From a virus (taxonomy: Duplodnaviria > Caudoviricetes), in IMG/VR virus record IMGVR_UViG_3300036798_000368, positions 1 through 39,611 of that record: a stretch of 39,611 nucleotides of DNA, one strand, 5' to 3'. Shown here piece after piece: positions 1-7,285 of this stretch (position 1 is the first letter of the stretch; the number at the start of each line of letters is the position of its first letter). The notes under the pieces are model-generated. The model worked only from the letters and a program-made list of their open reading frames with translations, searched no databases and had not been told where the DNA came from. The translations under genes and the position numbers were made by a program.

Positions 1-127
1 CTTCTTGCAAAGCGAGGGCGCGCTGGACCACCTTCCGCGAAGGACATTCTTCGGCTAAGGCGCGCGTTGCCGCCAGTTCCGCCCGGAACCACTCCCGTAA
101 AGCCGCGACCTCATAGGTAGCCGCCCG
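1..127. repeat. Terminal direct repeat, left copy (assembly circularisation overlap)
   Basis: Identical to 39485-39611; 127 is a common assembler k-mer length. Confidence 0.95.
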
Positions 128-236
128 TCCCCCCCCCCCCCACGCTTGACCCATCAGCACTTTCCCCTTTCGTCTGTCATCATACGTTAACAATCCTTCA
201 TCTTTCAAGGGTGTTGCGATCGATTCCAAAAAATAA

Positions 237-279
237 ATTCCATTCTGGTATTGACATTTTATGCCATTCTGGTATTTAT
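237..279 (+). promoter_or_regulatory. PL-like promoter with two repressor-operator-like sites
   Basis: TTGACA at 251-256; pseudo-palindromes ATTCCA-TTC-TGGTAT (237-251) and ATGCCA-TTC-TGGTAT (261-275), 24 bp apart. Confidence 0.7.
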
Positions 280-304
280 TCCTCCTATAATGGAGGAAGG
301 AAAA

Positions 305-637
305 ATGGGAATTTGCAACGCGCAGGACGCCGCTGTTGCCGCGATCGAGGCGCAAGCCAGGAAAACCGCGGTCGCGATGCTCGGATATCGCGTCGGCGAC
401 TACGTCCGGGAGCCGCGGCAGCTCGACGCCCTTGAGACCGATCCATCCCGGCCCCGCCTTTCGACGCTCCCCCCGAAGAAGCTACGCTATCGGCTCGCCG
501 TGCTTCTTGGCGAAGAACTGACCACCCCCCGCCGGTACATGGGAATGGGCGGCGAGACGATCCAGCTTAACTTGCGCGCCGCCGTCATCTACGCCGAAGG
601 GCTGTGTGAGATCGAGGAAAAGGAACGCGCGCCATGA
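305..637 (+). CDS. Hypothetical early protein
   Basis: ATG at 305 preceded by GGAGGAAGG RBS; ATGA overlap with the next ORF. Confidence 0.7.
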   Translation: MGICNAQDAAVAAIEAQARKTAVAMLGYRVGDYVREPRQLDALETDPSRPRLSTLPPKKLRYRLAVLLGEELTTPRRYMGMGGETIQLNLRAAVIYAEGLCEIEEKERAP

Positions 638-1053
638 GCAGAATTTTCATATGGACCATGCTGGCGATGGCCGTGGCCGTCAATGCGGCCCATGCCGCGC
701 CATCGAAGCTATTGTTCGAAACGGACATAGCGGCCTTTTATACCTGCGCGGATAGAGCGAGGGTTGCCGCGAGAAATCTGCATAATGGCAATTTTCCTCT
801 TTGGAACTGGGCCAAGAATACGTTGTTCCCGTCCAGCGCTGAGGCAATACAAACTCACGACTATAAGATAATCGCATGGACATGCGATACGTATTTTAAA
901 AATGTCGAAGAGGCGATCTTTGGCCCGATGCCACATTTTCCGAATTCGCTTACAAACCTAGGAGTAAACGAACCGCCATCAACGTATGAAGTGGTGATAG
1001 GCTGGTTAATCGAATGGATAAAGATCGATGAGGTTGAAACACAACGGAAATGA
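634..1053 (+). CDS. Hypothetical exported protein
   Basis: N-terminal signal peptide MSRIFIWTMLAMAVAVNAAHA; translationally coupled to both neighbours. Confidence 0.6.
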   Translation: MSRIFIWTMLAMAVAVNAAHAAPSKLLFETDIAAFYTCADRARVAARNLHNGNFPLWNWAKNTLFPSSAEAIQTHDYKIIAWTCDTYFKNVEEAIFGPMPHFPNSLTNLGVNEPPSTYEVVIGWLIEWIKIDEVETQRK

Positions 1054-1241
1054 CCCCGATCGGCCCCCTCGTCGACCAGAAGAACTTCCATCTAATGATG
1101 GTTGCAATCCATCGTAGCTGGGCGCTGGACTATATGCGCCGCGGGCAGTCGCAGAAGGCGAAAATGCAGTTTCGCGCGGCGCAGCGCCGTCTTGACGAAG
1201 CAAGAGCCGCGCGGCTGAAAAACTCAGAGGGGTGTTCGTAA
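1050..1241 (+). CDS. Hypothetical protein
   Basis: ATGA and TAATG coupling with both neighbours. Confidence 0.55.
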   Translation: MTPIGPLVDQKNFHLMMVAIHRSWALDYMRRGQSQKAKMQFRAAQRRLDEARAARLKNSEGCS

Positions 1242-1597
1242 TGAGTAGCACCGAGGATTTTGGCCCAAGGAGCCGCCGCTTTACTAAGCCCGCTTATGAG
1301 CACGGCGGCGAAATCGACTTGCGCGATAATAATCGCGTGGCCTTTCTTGTCGCCAGGCGCACCGAACTCAAAAATCTCGAAACAGCCGCGCGGTACGCCG
1401 CCGAGGAAAGAAGCGTGATTGACGAGGAGCTGATCGCCCTTCTTGGCAACGCCGACCGCGGTTTATTGCGGGACGGCGGCTACCTCGAGGCCCCGGTCAC
1501 ACATCGCCTCGGCTATGCCGTCAAACCCACCATGTTCAGAACTGTCAAGATCAAGAAGGCAAAGGACAAAGCACAAGATGAACACGAACCCTATTGA
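1241..1597 (+). CDS. Protein resembling only the C-terminal region of YqaJ-type phage exonucleases
   Basis: IDLRDNNR...IDEELIALLGNADRG...GYAVKPTMFRTVKIK; directly upstream of RecT/Bet; no PD-(D/E)xK domain visible. Confidence 0.5.
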   Translation: MSSTEDFGPRSRRFTKPAYEHGGEIDLRDNNRVAFLVARRTELKNLETAARYAAEERSVIDEELIALLGNADRGLLRDGGYLEAPVTHRLGYAVKPTMFRTVKIKKAKDKAQDEHEPY

Positions 1598-2510
1598 AAA
1601 TGGGAGACAAGTTGCCGTGACGCCCTCCCGCGCGTCAATCACCGAAACCATGGCGTCTAAATATGGCATGTCGGCGGCGCCGTTCGAGGCCACGGTGCGG
1701 GCCATGTGTTCGCCGCCTGGCAAGGCGCTTACTCGCGAGGAATTCGCCACGTTCTTGCTCACCGCGAACAAGTACAACCTCAACCCTCTGATGCGCGAGA
1801 TTTACGCGCTCCCAAAAAAAGGCGGCGGGATCATCCCAACTGTATCGATCGATGGATGGATGCACTTAGCCAATGCCCATCCCGCATTTGACGGCCTGGA
1901 ATTCGAAAGCGATTTCGATGACGACGGCACGCTCATTTCGACGACATGCATTCTCCATCGCAAGGACCGGGCACATCCCACCCGGCTCACCGAACTTTTT
2001 TCAGAATGTTTCCGTGATACGGACCCATGGAAGGCCATGCCAAATCGGATGCTCCGCCATAAGGCCGCAATTCAGGCGACGCGGTATGCCTTTAGTTTTG
2101 CGGGCATTTACGATGAAGACGAAGCCGCGAGATTTGCGCAAGAGGTCCCGGCCGCCGTCGCATCCCTTAGGGCTAACCACGTCCGCGCCGAGGAATATCC
2201 AAAGGACGAAAGCAACGTGCCGGAAGCTCCAAAACACGACGTGGCAGAACTCACCACGGACGAGGCCGCGGGCCGCCTCAAGGACATGCTCGACGCGCGC
2301 GCGGCCGAACTCCCAAGAGATCATACGGTATGGCTCGAAGCCCTAAAGGCCGAGGCTCACGTAAAGGCCCAGCAAGGCTTCAAACTCTTTTCTCAATGGG
2401 CAAACCATCTAAACAAGCCCGAGGCCAAACTTCTTGCACCCTATATGGATTCCTATCGCCAAGAAGCCACCTATGCGGACAACGCGGATAAAGGACAGGA
2501 ATCCGCTTAA
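1578..2510 (+). CDS. bet: Phage single-strand annealing protein (Bet/RecT family)
   Basis: YNLNPLMREIYALP...VSIDGW...HRKDR...PW..MPNRMLRHKA.IQ..RYAF..AGIYDEDE motifs. Confidence 0.9.
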   Translation: MNTNPIENGRQVAVTPSRASITETMASKYGMSAAPFEATVRAMCSPPGKALTREEFATFLLTANKYNLNPLMREIYALPKKGGGIIPTVSIDGWMHLANAHPAFDGLEFESDFDDDGTLISTTCILHRKDRAHPTRLTELFSECFRDTDPWKAMPNRMLRHKAAIQATRYAFSFAGIYDEDEAARFAQEVPAAVASLRANHVRAEEYPKDESNVPEAPKHDVAELTTDEAAGRLKDMLDARAAELPRDHTVWLEALKAEAHVKAQQGFKLFSQWANHLNKPEAKLLAPYMDSYRQEATYADNADKGQESA

Positions 2511-2554
2511 ATGAGCCGGCGCCCCGCCCACTTCACCCAAGCTATGGCTTCCGC

Positions 2555-2917
2555 ATGAGCCAGGATATTTACCACATGGGGGATGTTGCCGAGAAGCTCG
2601 GCAAGTCCCGGCGCTGGCTGCAGGATTTCCTTCGCGAGAACCCTTGCGGCCGCATGGCCGGCAGAACGCGCTTGTTTACCTCGGCCGATCTTGCAACACT
2701 GATCGACGCTCTCCCGAAAGTGGAAGCCGCACGATGCCTCTCTCGCTCGTCCCGCCAAAACCTGACCGCACACCGAACTATCGCATCCGTGGAACGTACC
2801 TCGGAATCCGAGTGGACCGAAGCGCTGAAACTCGTGACAAAGCCAAGGCGCGCAAGCTGCTCGCAGCCATTGAGACAGCGATCGAACGTGGTGCTTTTGC
2901 ACAAAAGCCAGCCCTGA
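2555..2917 (+). CDS. Excisionase-like HTH protein overlapping the integrase 5' end
   Basis: MGDVAEKLGKSRRWL...GRTRLFT winged-helix pattern; immediately upstream of int. Confidence 0.6.
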   Translation: MSQDIYHMGDVAEKLGKSRRWLQDFLRENPCGRMAGRTRLFTSADLATLIDALPKVEAARCLSRSSRQNLTAHRTIASVERTSESEWTEALKLVTKPRRASCSQPLRQRSNVVLLHKSQP

Positions 2918-3720
2918 CTCTGGCAGCGGCCGTGACATCATATATCCAGGCGGGCGGCGAGAGCCGCTTCCTAGGGCCGATCTTGCGATATTTTGGGAAG
3001 GGCGCGACGGTCGACGAGATCAATCAGGCGGCGGCCGACGCAGTGGCGGCCGCCATCTATCCGCGGGCGAGGCCAAGCACGCGCAATCGTCAATTCTACA
3101 CGCCATTGCTTGCCGTTCTAAGGCACGCCGGGATAACGGCGATGATCAAGCGCCCCAGGGGCGCGGCGGGGAATGCCCGGGCGGCCTGGTTGCGCCCTGA
3201 GCAATTTGAAAGGCTCGCCAAGGCGGCCGCGCGGGAAGATTTGGAATTTTCCTGCCTTGTGACGCTCTTGTGTTTCACCGGCCTCCGGCTCGGCGAGGCG
3301 CTCGGCCTCCGGCGCCAAGATATAGACCTCGATCAATCCGCTGCTTTTTGCGGGAGGACCAAGAACGGCGAGCCGCGCCTCGTCTATCTACCGCCGCGCG
3401 TCGTCGCCACGTTGGCGAATCATCCGCGCGGGCTCGATCGCGACGAGAGGCTCTTCCGCTGGACCAAGAACGGAGAGTTATATTTGCTAGCCGAGAGGTT
3501 CTATGGGGCCGCCGGCGTCGATCATGGCGGGGCACCGTTCCACATTCTGCGCCACACCTACGGCGCCTGGATGACCAGGATAGGCGCCGATCTCGTTGCC
3601 ACTGGCGCTTGGAAAAGTGCCACGGCCGCGCGCGGTTATCAGCATTTTTCGTTCAGCGAGGAAGCGCGAAAGGCGGACGCGCTGCCAGGCTCGGGACGTG
3701 CGCCACACGTGCGCAAATGA
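2734..3720 (+). CDS. int: Tyrosine recombinase / phage integrase
   Basis: TGLRLGE (R), TKNG (K), HILRH (HxxR), W and RGY (catalytic Tyr); followed by attP. Confidence 0.93.
   Translation: MPLSLVPPKPDRTPNYRIRGTYLGIRVDRSAETRDKAKARKLLAAIETAIERGAFAQKPALTLAAAVTSYIQAGGESRFLGPILRYFGKGATVDEINQAAADAVAAAIYPRARPSTRNRQFYTPLLAVLRHAGITAMIKRPRGAAGNARAAWLRPEQFERLAKAAAREDLEFSCLVTLLCFTGLRLGEALGLRRQDIDLDQSAAFCGRTKNGEPRLVYLPPRVVATLANHPRGLDRDERLFRWTKNGELYLLAERFYGAAGVDHGGAPFHILRHTYGAWMTRIGADLVATGAWKSATAARGYQHFSFSEEARKADALPGSGRAPHVRK
3692..3716 (+). repeat. 25-bp direct repeat, left copy (putative integrase arm-type sites)
   Basis: CGGGACGTGCGCCACACGTGCGCAA identical to 3889-3913; built of ACGTGCG units. Confidence 0.75.
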
Positions 3721-3747
3721 ATAAGCTATTGAATATAAATGAGAAAA

Positions 3748-3797
3748 ACTCCCTTGGTAAGGGAGAGGCCGAGAGTTCAATCCTCTCTCGCAGCACC
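3748..3797 (+). other. attP: attP core: 3' half of tRNA-Thr(GGT)
   Basis: Anticodon arm CTCCC-TTGGTAA-GGGAG, T arm GAGAG-TTCAATC-CTCTC, acceptor 3' strand TCGCAGC-ACC; no D arm or 5' half; just downstream of int. Confidence 0.9.
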
Positions 3798-3864
3798 CAG
3801 CAAATCATTGATTTATTTGCCACTTGCTATTTTGCGCACATTGCCTGTCCGGCAGTTGATAGCG

Positions 3865-3879
3865 GAACGGCGCAAGAAC
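3865..3879. promoter_or_regulatory. Alphaproteobacterial LexA (SOS) box
   Basis: GAAC-GGCGCAA-GAAC(A) = GAAC-N7-GAAC. Confidence 0.65.
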
Positions 3880-3888
3880 AAACACGTG

Positions 3889-3913
3889 CGGGACGTGCGC
3901 CACACGTGCGCAA
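3889..3913 (+). repeat. 25-bp direct repeat, right copy (putative arm-type sites)
   Basis: Identical to 3692-3716; an extra ACGTGCG at 3884-3890. Confidence 0.75.
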
Positions 3914-3914
3914 T

Positions 3915-3929
3915 GTTCATGAGTCGTTC
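3915..3929. promoter_or_regulatory. Alphaproteobacterial LexA (SOS) box
   Basis: (T)GTTC-ATGAGTC-GTTC = GTTC-N7-GTTC; 18-bp identity with 4350-4367. Confidence 0.75.
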
Positions 3930-3977
3930 GCTAGCGGCAATGATACGCAGTTACCAAGAATTGAAGGATTACACGCT

Positions 3978-4154
3978 ATGACCGAGGCCCAAGAGCGCGA
4001 ATTTATCGAGGCGATAGCTAAAAGGTTCATGGAAGCCAGACTTATTTTCGCGACCGTCAAGCCCCTCATCGAGAAGGCGATCGCCGACGCCGTGTTCGAA
4101 TATGCCGAGACCGGGCTCTGGCCGGACGAAAGCAAGAGAAAATCATGCGAGTAA
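3978..4154 (+). CDS. Small hypothetical protein downstream of SOS boxes
   Basis: GAAGGA RBS then ATG; MTEAQEREFIEAIAKRF... Confidence 0.6.
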   Translation: MTEAQEREFIEAIAKRFMEARLIFATVKPLIEKAIADAVFEYAETGLWPDESKRKSCE

Positions 4155-4351
4155 AATGCGAGGTCGAGGAAATCGATCTAGACGGCGATTACGGTGGTCA
4201 GATCGAAAGCGTAATGGCAACTTGCTCAAGATGCGGCCATTCCACGGAAAGTTACGGCACCTCTGAGGAGTCTATCAAACGGTGCCTCGTCCTCCTCCGC
4301 CAGGAATGCCCAAACGAGGAAAGCAACTTCTATGTTGCCGATAATGAATAA
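4145..4351 (+). CDS. Small acidic Cys-rich (possible Zn-binding) protein
   Basis: CSRCGH...C...CP pattern; overlaps the upstream ORF. Confidence 0.65.
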   Translation: MRVKCEVEEIDLDGDYGGQIESVMATCSRCGHSTESYGTSEESIKRCLVLLRQECPNEESNFYVADNE

Positions 4352-4352
4352 T

Positions 4353-4367
4353 GTTCATGAGTCGTTC
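4353..4367. promoter_or_regulatory. Alphaproteobacterial LexA (SOS) box
   Basis: (T)GTTC-ATGAGTC-GTTC, 4 bp upstream of a -35 element. Confidence 0.75.
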
Positions 4368-4371
4368 ACTG

Positions 4372-4408
4372 TTGCCAGAGTGGTATTTTCGAGTTACCAA
4401 AATGGAAT
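4372..4408 (+). promoter_or_regulatory. Promoter TTGCCA-N17-TACCAA overlapped by two operator-like sites
   Basis: TTGCCA-GAG-TGGTAT (4372-4386) and TTACCA-AAA-TGGAAT (4394-4408) match the CCA-N3-TGG sites at the immunity region. Confidence 0.6.
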
Positions 4409-4706
4409 GGATGGTCTTCTCCGCAAGATCGCGTTGGCGCGGCGCGCAAGGGCGCGGCGCTTCCGCGAGCGCAAAATGAGCGCGGGCGACGAGGCGGCGC
4501 CGCCTTCGCACATGAGCCGCGCCTCGCGGGCCTATGCCGACGGCTATACGGCGGCGTTCCAAGGCCTTCGCGCCGAGGATGATATGAGGCGCCCGGACAT
4601 CGACGGGGCGACCTCGGCCTATGAAGCTTATGTGGCCGCCCGAGATCGCGACGAGTATAATCGCGGGTATTTGGAGGGCGACGCGGCGCGGCGGGGGGAG
4701 GTATGA
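4407..4706 (+). CDS. Hypothetical protein, probably translated from a leaderless mRNA
   Basis: ATG 6 nt after the predicted -10; MDGLLRKIALARR... Confidence 0.55.
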   Translation: MDGLLRKIALARRARARRFRERKMSAGDEAAPPSHMSRASRAYADGYTAAFQGLRAEDDMRRPDIDGATSAYEAYVAARDRDEYNRGYLEGDAARRGEV

Positions 4707-4936
4707 CCGACGAAGTCCTCGATTTCCTCCGCGAGAAATTTACCCGCCTCGATAACCGCCTCGATCGCATCGAGCTGCGTTTGGGAGAGGTAATCTTACG
4801 CCTCGGCCAACTGGAGCGCGATATCGCATCGATCAAGGTCGATCTTGCGAACCTGCAGACGCGCATGGATAATTTCGACCAGCGCCTGGCCCGGGTCGAG
4901 CGCCGGCTCGATCTGCAAGAAGCCGAAGAAAAATGA
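4703..4936 (+). CDS. Small coiled-coil protein
   Basis: Heptad pattern LDNRLDRIELRLGEV...LARVERRLDL; GGAGG RBS; ATGA overlap. Confidence 0.75.
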   Translation: MTDEVLDFLREKFTRLDNRLDRIELRLGEVILRLGQLERDIASIKVDLANLQTRMDNFDQRLARVERRLDLQEAEEK

Positions 4937-4963
4937 GCCTCAAATTTTTCGGTTAGTTTACCG

Positions 4964-4992
4964 TTGAAAGACACGGCGGCTGCGGCTATAAG
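4964..4992 (+). promoter_or_regulatory. Sigma70-type promoter
   Basis: TTGAAA-N17-TATAAG upstream of the Pro-rich gene; hairpin CGCCCGC-GATTCT-GCGGGCG at 4998-5017. Confidence 0.55.
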
Positions 4993-5043
4993 CGAATCGC
5001 CCGCGATTCTGCGGGCGCAATCCCCCAACAAAAGGAGCACTAC

Positions 5044-5562
5044 ATGGCAGGGCGTCAGGTCATGATCATCGGCGAAATGTTTGACCCAAGCCTCAGCGTC
5101 GGCGGCGGCCCCGTCTATCCGCCTCCCGGCGTCCCGACACATCCGATCGCCCCAGGCGGTCCAGCGTGGTGGCCCGGAAGCCCGCCGCATCCCATCCCGC
5201 CGACCGTATGGCCGACGCCGCCAGGAGGTGGCACGGTCCCTCCGGGTTTCTGGGGAGGCGTCGCGCCGCCACATGTCGATATTGGCTTTCCCAGCCCGCA
5301 ACCCGGCCCGTCACACCCGATCGTGCTGCCGCCGGGAACACCGAAGCCGCCACTGGGCATATGGTCTGAGCCGATCCTGCCGCCGGAAATCTGGGGGCCG
5401 AACGATCCTCGCCCGACCCAGCCGATCTACATTTGGGGCGATCCGATCAAACCAGCAGAAAAGCCCGAAATTTTGGACTGGCACGCGGGATGGTCTATTC
5501 GGACCGGCTGGGTAATTTTTGCCGTTCCGAACGTTCCGGCACCGACCCCAAGTAAGGCCTGA
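5044..5562 (+). CDS. Proline-rich protein with PxHPI-type repeats
   Basis: AAGGAG RBS; PTHPIA, PPHPIP, PSHPIV, PTQPIY; ends tail-to-tail with the holin. Confidence 0.75.
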   Translation: MAGRQVMIIGEMFDPSLSVGGGPVYPPPGVPTHPIAPGGPAWWPGSPPHPIPPTVWPTPPGGGTVPPGFWGGVAPPHVDIGFPSPQPGPSHPIVLPPGTPKPPLGIWSEPILPPEIWGPNDPRPTQPIYIWGDPIKPAEKPEILDWHAGWSIRTGWVIFAVPNVPAPTPSKA

Positions 5563-5856
5563 CTACTCGTCCTTTTGCCCCTTGAAATACATCGCGACGA
5601 TCGCTGAGAACGCCGCAATCAGGGCGCCGACCAGGATATCGCCGCCTTCCGACACCTTGCCGACGAACATGTAGGCGATCGTGCTTATGAACGCGACGAC
5701 AATCAAAAACGCCATGAAGTCGCGGGTCGGGACGCGGAACGCCGGCCCTTGGCGGATCGCTTGATAGACCAGCAACATGATGAACCCGACGATCAGGATC
5801 ATCCCGGCGATCGCGGCCGGCCCGATCGGCAACGGCTTCAGCGCCATCTCGTCCAT
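5563..5856 (-). CDS. Putative holin (3 TM helices)
   Basis: Three hydrophobic segments and a charged C-terminus KGQKDE; downstream of the endolysin; two Met codons (MDEM). Confidence 0.6.
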   Translation of the reverse strand: MDEMALKPLPIGPAAIAGMILIVGFIMLLVYQAIRQGPAFRVPTRDFMAFLIVVAFISTIAYMFVGKVSEGGDILVGALIAAFSAIVAMYFKGQKDE

Positions 5857-5875
5857 CGCTAGGCGCCCCCTTTCC

Positions 5876-5950
5876 GCCACGGCACAACACGGCACTCCAC
5901 ATCACCGCACAACACGGCACAATACTGCACTGCACATCACGTCACAACAT
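5876..5950 (+). repeat. Array D: 15 x NN-CAC pentamers (putative stand-alone guide RNA)
   Basis: GCcac GGcac AAcac GGcac TCcac ATcac CGcac AAcac GGcac AAtac TGcac TGcac ATcac GTcac AAcat; strict 5-bp phase. Confidence 0.9.
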
Positions 5951-6138
5951 CACTTGCTTTTCCCGCGCATGGACCCCTTTCCCGAAGGCGCCGTCCGGCT
6001 GGCCGCGACTTGCCGCGGCGTCGAGGGCGAGTGCGCCTTGCTCGACGTCGGCGCGGCGTGCGCGCACATGTCGTTGACCGGCTTCGAATTCACCGCGGGC
6101 TTGGCGTAATGGTCGGGCTTGTCGGTGAGTTTAGGCAA
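5950..6138 (-). CDS. Small basic hypothetical protein
   Basis: AAAGGA RBS then TTG overlapping the lysozyme stop; ends ...SGKGSMRGKSK*. Confidence 0.55.
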   Translation of the reverse strand: MPKLTDKPDHYAKPAVNSKPVNDMCAHAAPTSSKAHSPSTPRQVAASRTAPSGKGSMRGKSK

Positions 6139-6574
6139 TTTCGATTCCTTTCTTGAACATCGCATATTCCTTCCGCCGCCGCCCCTGAATCTCCGGCGGC
6201 TTGTTCCAAAACAAAATGGCTTCCGCCGCGCTTAGATGGTCGCCAGCATTGAGCCGCTTGACGACGGTCGAGCTCTTGAAGCCGCCGGCGCCGATGTTGA
6301 AGGCCAGCGACACCAGCGCGTCGAATTGCATTTGCGAGATCGGTACCGTGACAGATTCATTCACCGCCTTTTCGAAATGCGCAAGATCGCGCGCCAAAAT
6401 CTCGTGCTCCTCGTCCCGTGTGATGGTCATCCCCGCACACGGCACCGGCGGGCTGCCGGCCTTCGCCGAATGGCCGATGCCGATCGTCCAGACCCCGACC
6501 GAGTCCTTGTAGGCGGTCAGCCTCGACCCCTCAACCTCGATCAGGTGCTTGCGTCCGGCAAGGCTCATATGCAT
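6131..6574 (-). CDS. Endolysin, GH24 phage lysozyme
   Basis: E-x8-D-x5-T catalytic triad (EGSRLTAYKDSVGVWT); FDALVSLAFNIG; GRRRKE. Confidence 0.93.
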   Translation of the reverse strand: MHMSLAGRKHLIEVEGSRLTAYKDSVGVWTIGIGHSAKAGSPPVPCAGMTITRDEEHEILARDLAHFEKAVNESVTVPISQMQFDALVSLAFNIGAGGFKSSTVVKRLNAGDHLSAAEAILFWNKPPEIQGRRRKEYAMFKKGIEIA

Positions 6575-6589
6575 CGCTCAGGCCGCCGA

Positions 6590-6886
6590 TTATCCGCGCG
6601 GCTTCGGCATGAACTTCGAGCTTTGGCTTTCCTTGCTCATCCGGTCGAACCGGCTGCCGCGCTCCTCGCGCTTGGCCTCGCGCTTGCCGCCGGCCTCCTT
6701 GCCCTTGCCTAGGACCTTGTTCGCCTTGGCGAAGATCTTGGCCTTCAGGGCCGGCGAGGCGAATTGCGAGGCTCGGGCCTTCGCATTTGCGGCGTGCGCT
6801 TTATCGGGAATTGGATAGGAGCGACCCGGCCCGGCGAATTGACTCGTCGGGATCTTACTTCTTGCCTTTGCTGTGAGTTTTGCCAT
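6590..6886 (-). CDS. Small basic phage protein
   Basis: [41 protein letters not shown]; AAAGG RBS. Confidence 0.7.
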   Translation of the reverse strand: MAKLTAKARSKIPTSQFAGPGRSYPIPDKAHAANAKARASQFASPALKAKIFAKANKVLGKGKEAGGKREAKREERGSRFDRMSKESQSSKFMPKPRG

Positions 6887-7021
6887 GTGATTTCGCCTTT
6901 CCTTTTGGGTTCGCGGTGTGGAGAGCCGCGGCCACCGCCTGCCGCTGTGGATGACCGGCGGCCACCATTTCACGGATGTTTTTACTAATCACGCTGCGGG
7001 ATTTGCCCTTGGAGAGCGGCA

Positions 7022-7285
7022 TCAGTTTTTCTCCGGGGATGGCGCTGGCGTCTCCGGCGCCGGCCCTGGAGCCGCCGGCAGCGACGTTTTCGGCTGGTGC
7101 TGAATTTCATTCTGCAGCTTGGCGATCGTCGCGGCGACCTCGGCATATGGGCGCGACGTCAGGATGCGGCCGATTTCCTCGACCAGCGGCCCCGATAGGA
7201 CAACGCTGGGAGGGAGGCCGCCCGCTTGCGCCATTGCCGGCAGCGGCCAAGATAGAGCGATGAAAATAACGAGTCTTTTTCTCAT
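7022..7285 (-). CDS. Hypothetical protein with signal peptide
   Basis: [19 protein letters not shown]; ATGA coupling. Confidence 0.65.
   Translation of the reverse strand: MRKRLVIFIALSWPLPAMAQAGGLPPSVVLSGPLVEEIGRILTSRPYAEVAATIAKLQNEIQHQPKTSLPAAPGPAPETPAPSPEKN

Noticed and set aside
1-127. Biological terminal repeat of the virion DNA
   Set aside because: Exactly 127 bp and inside cI; typical assembler circularisation overlap
129-141. C13 homopolymer as a phase-variation tract
   Set aside because: Intergenic, not within a promoter spacer, and next to the contig overlap; length unreliable and no function supportable
3748-3797. Functional tRNA-Thr gene
   Set aside because: 5' acceptor strand and D arm are missing; interpreted as the attP core
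3270-3977. 294-aa ORF 3270-4154 and other long GC-rich shadow ORFs (e.g. 4366-5301, 9971-10936, 30532-31740)
   Set aside because: Overlap well-supported genes in other frames or strands; Arg/Pro-rich composition typical of non-coding frames
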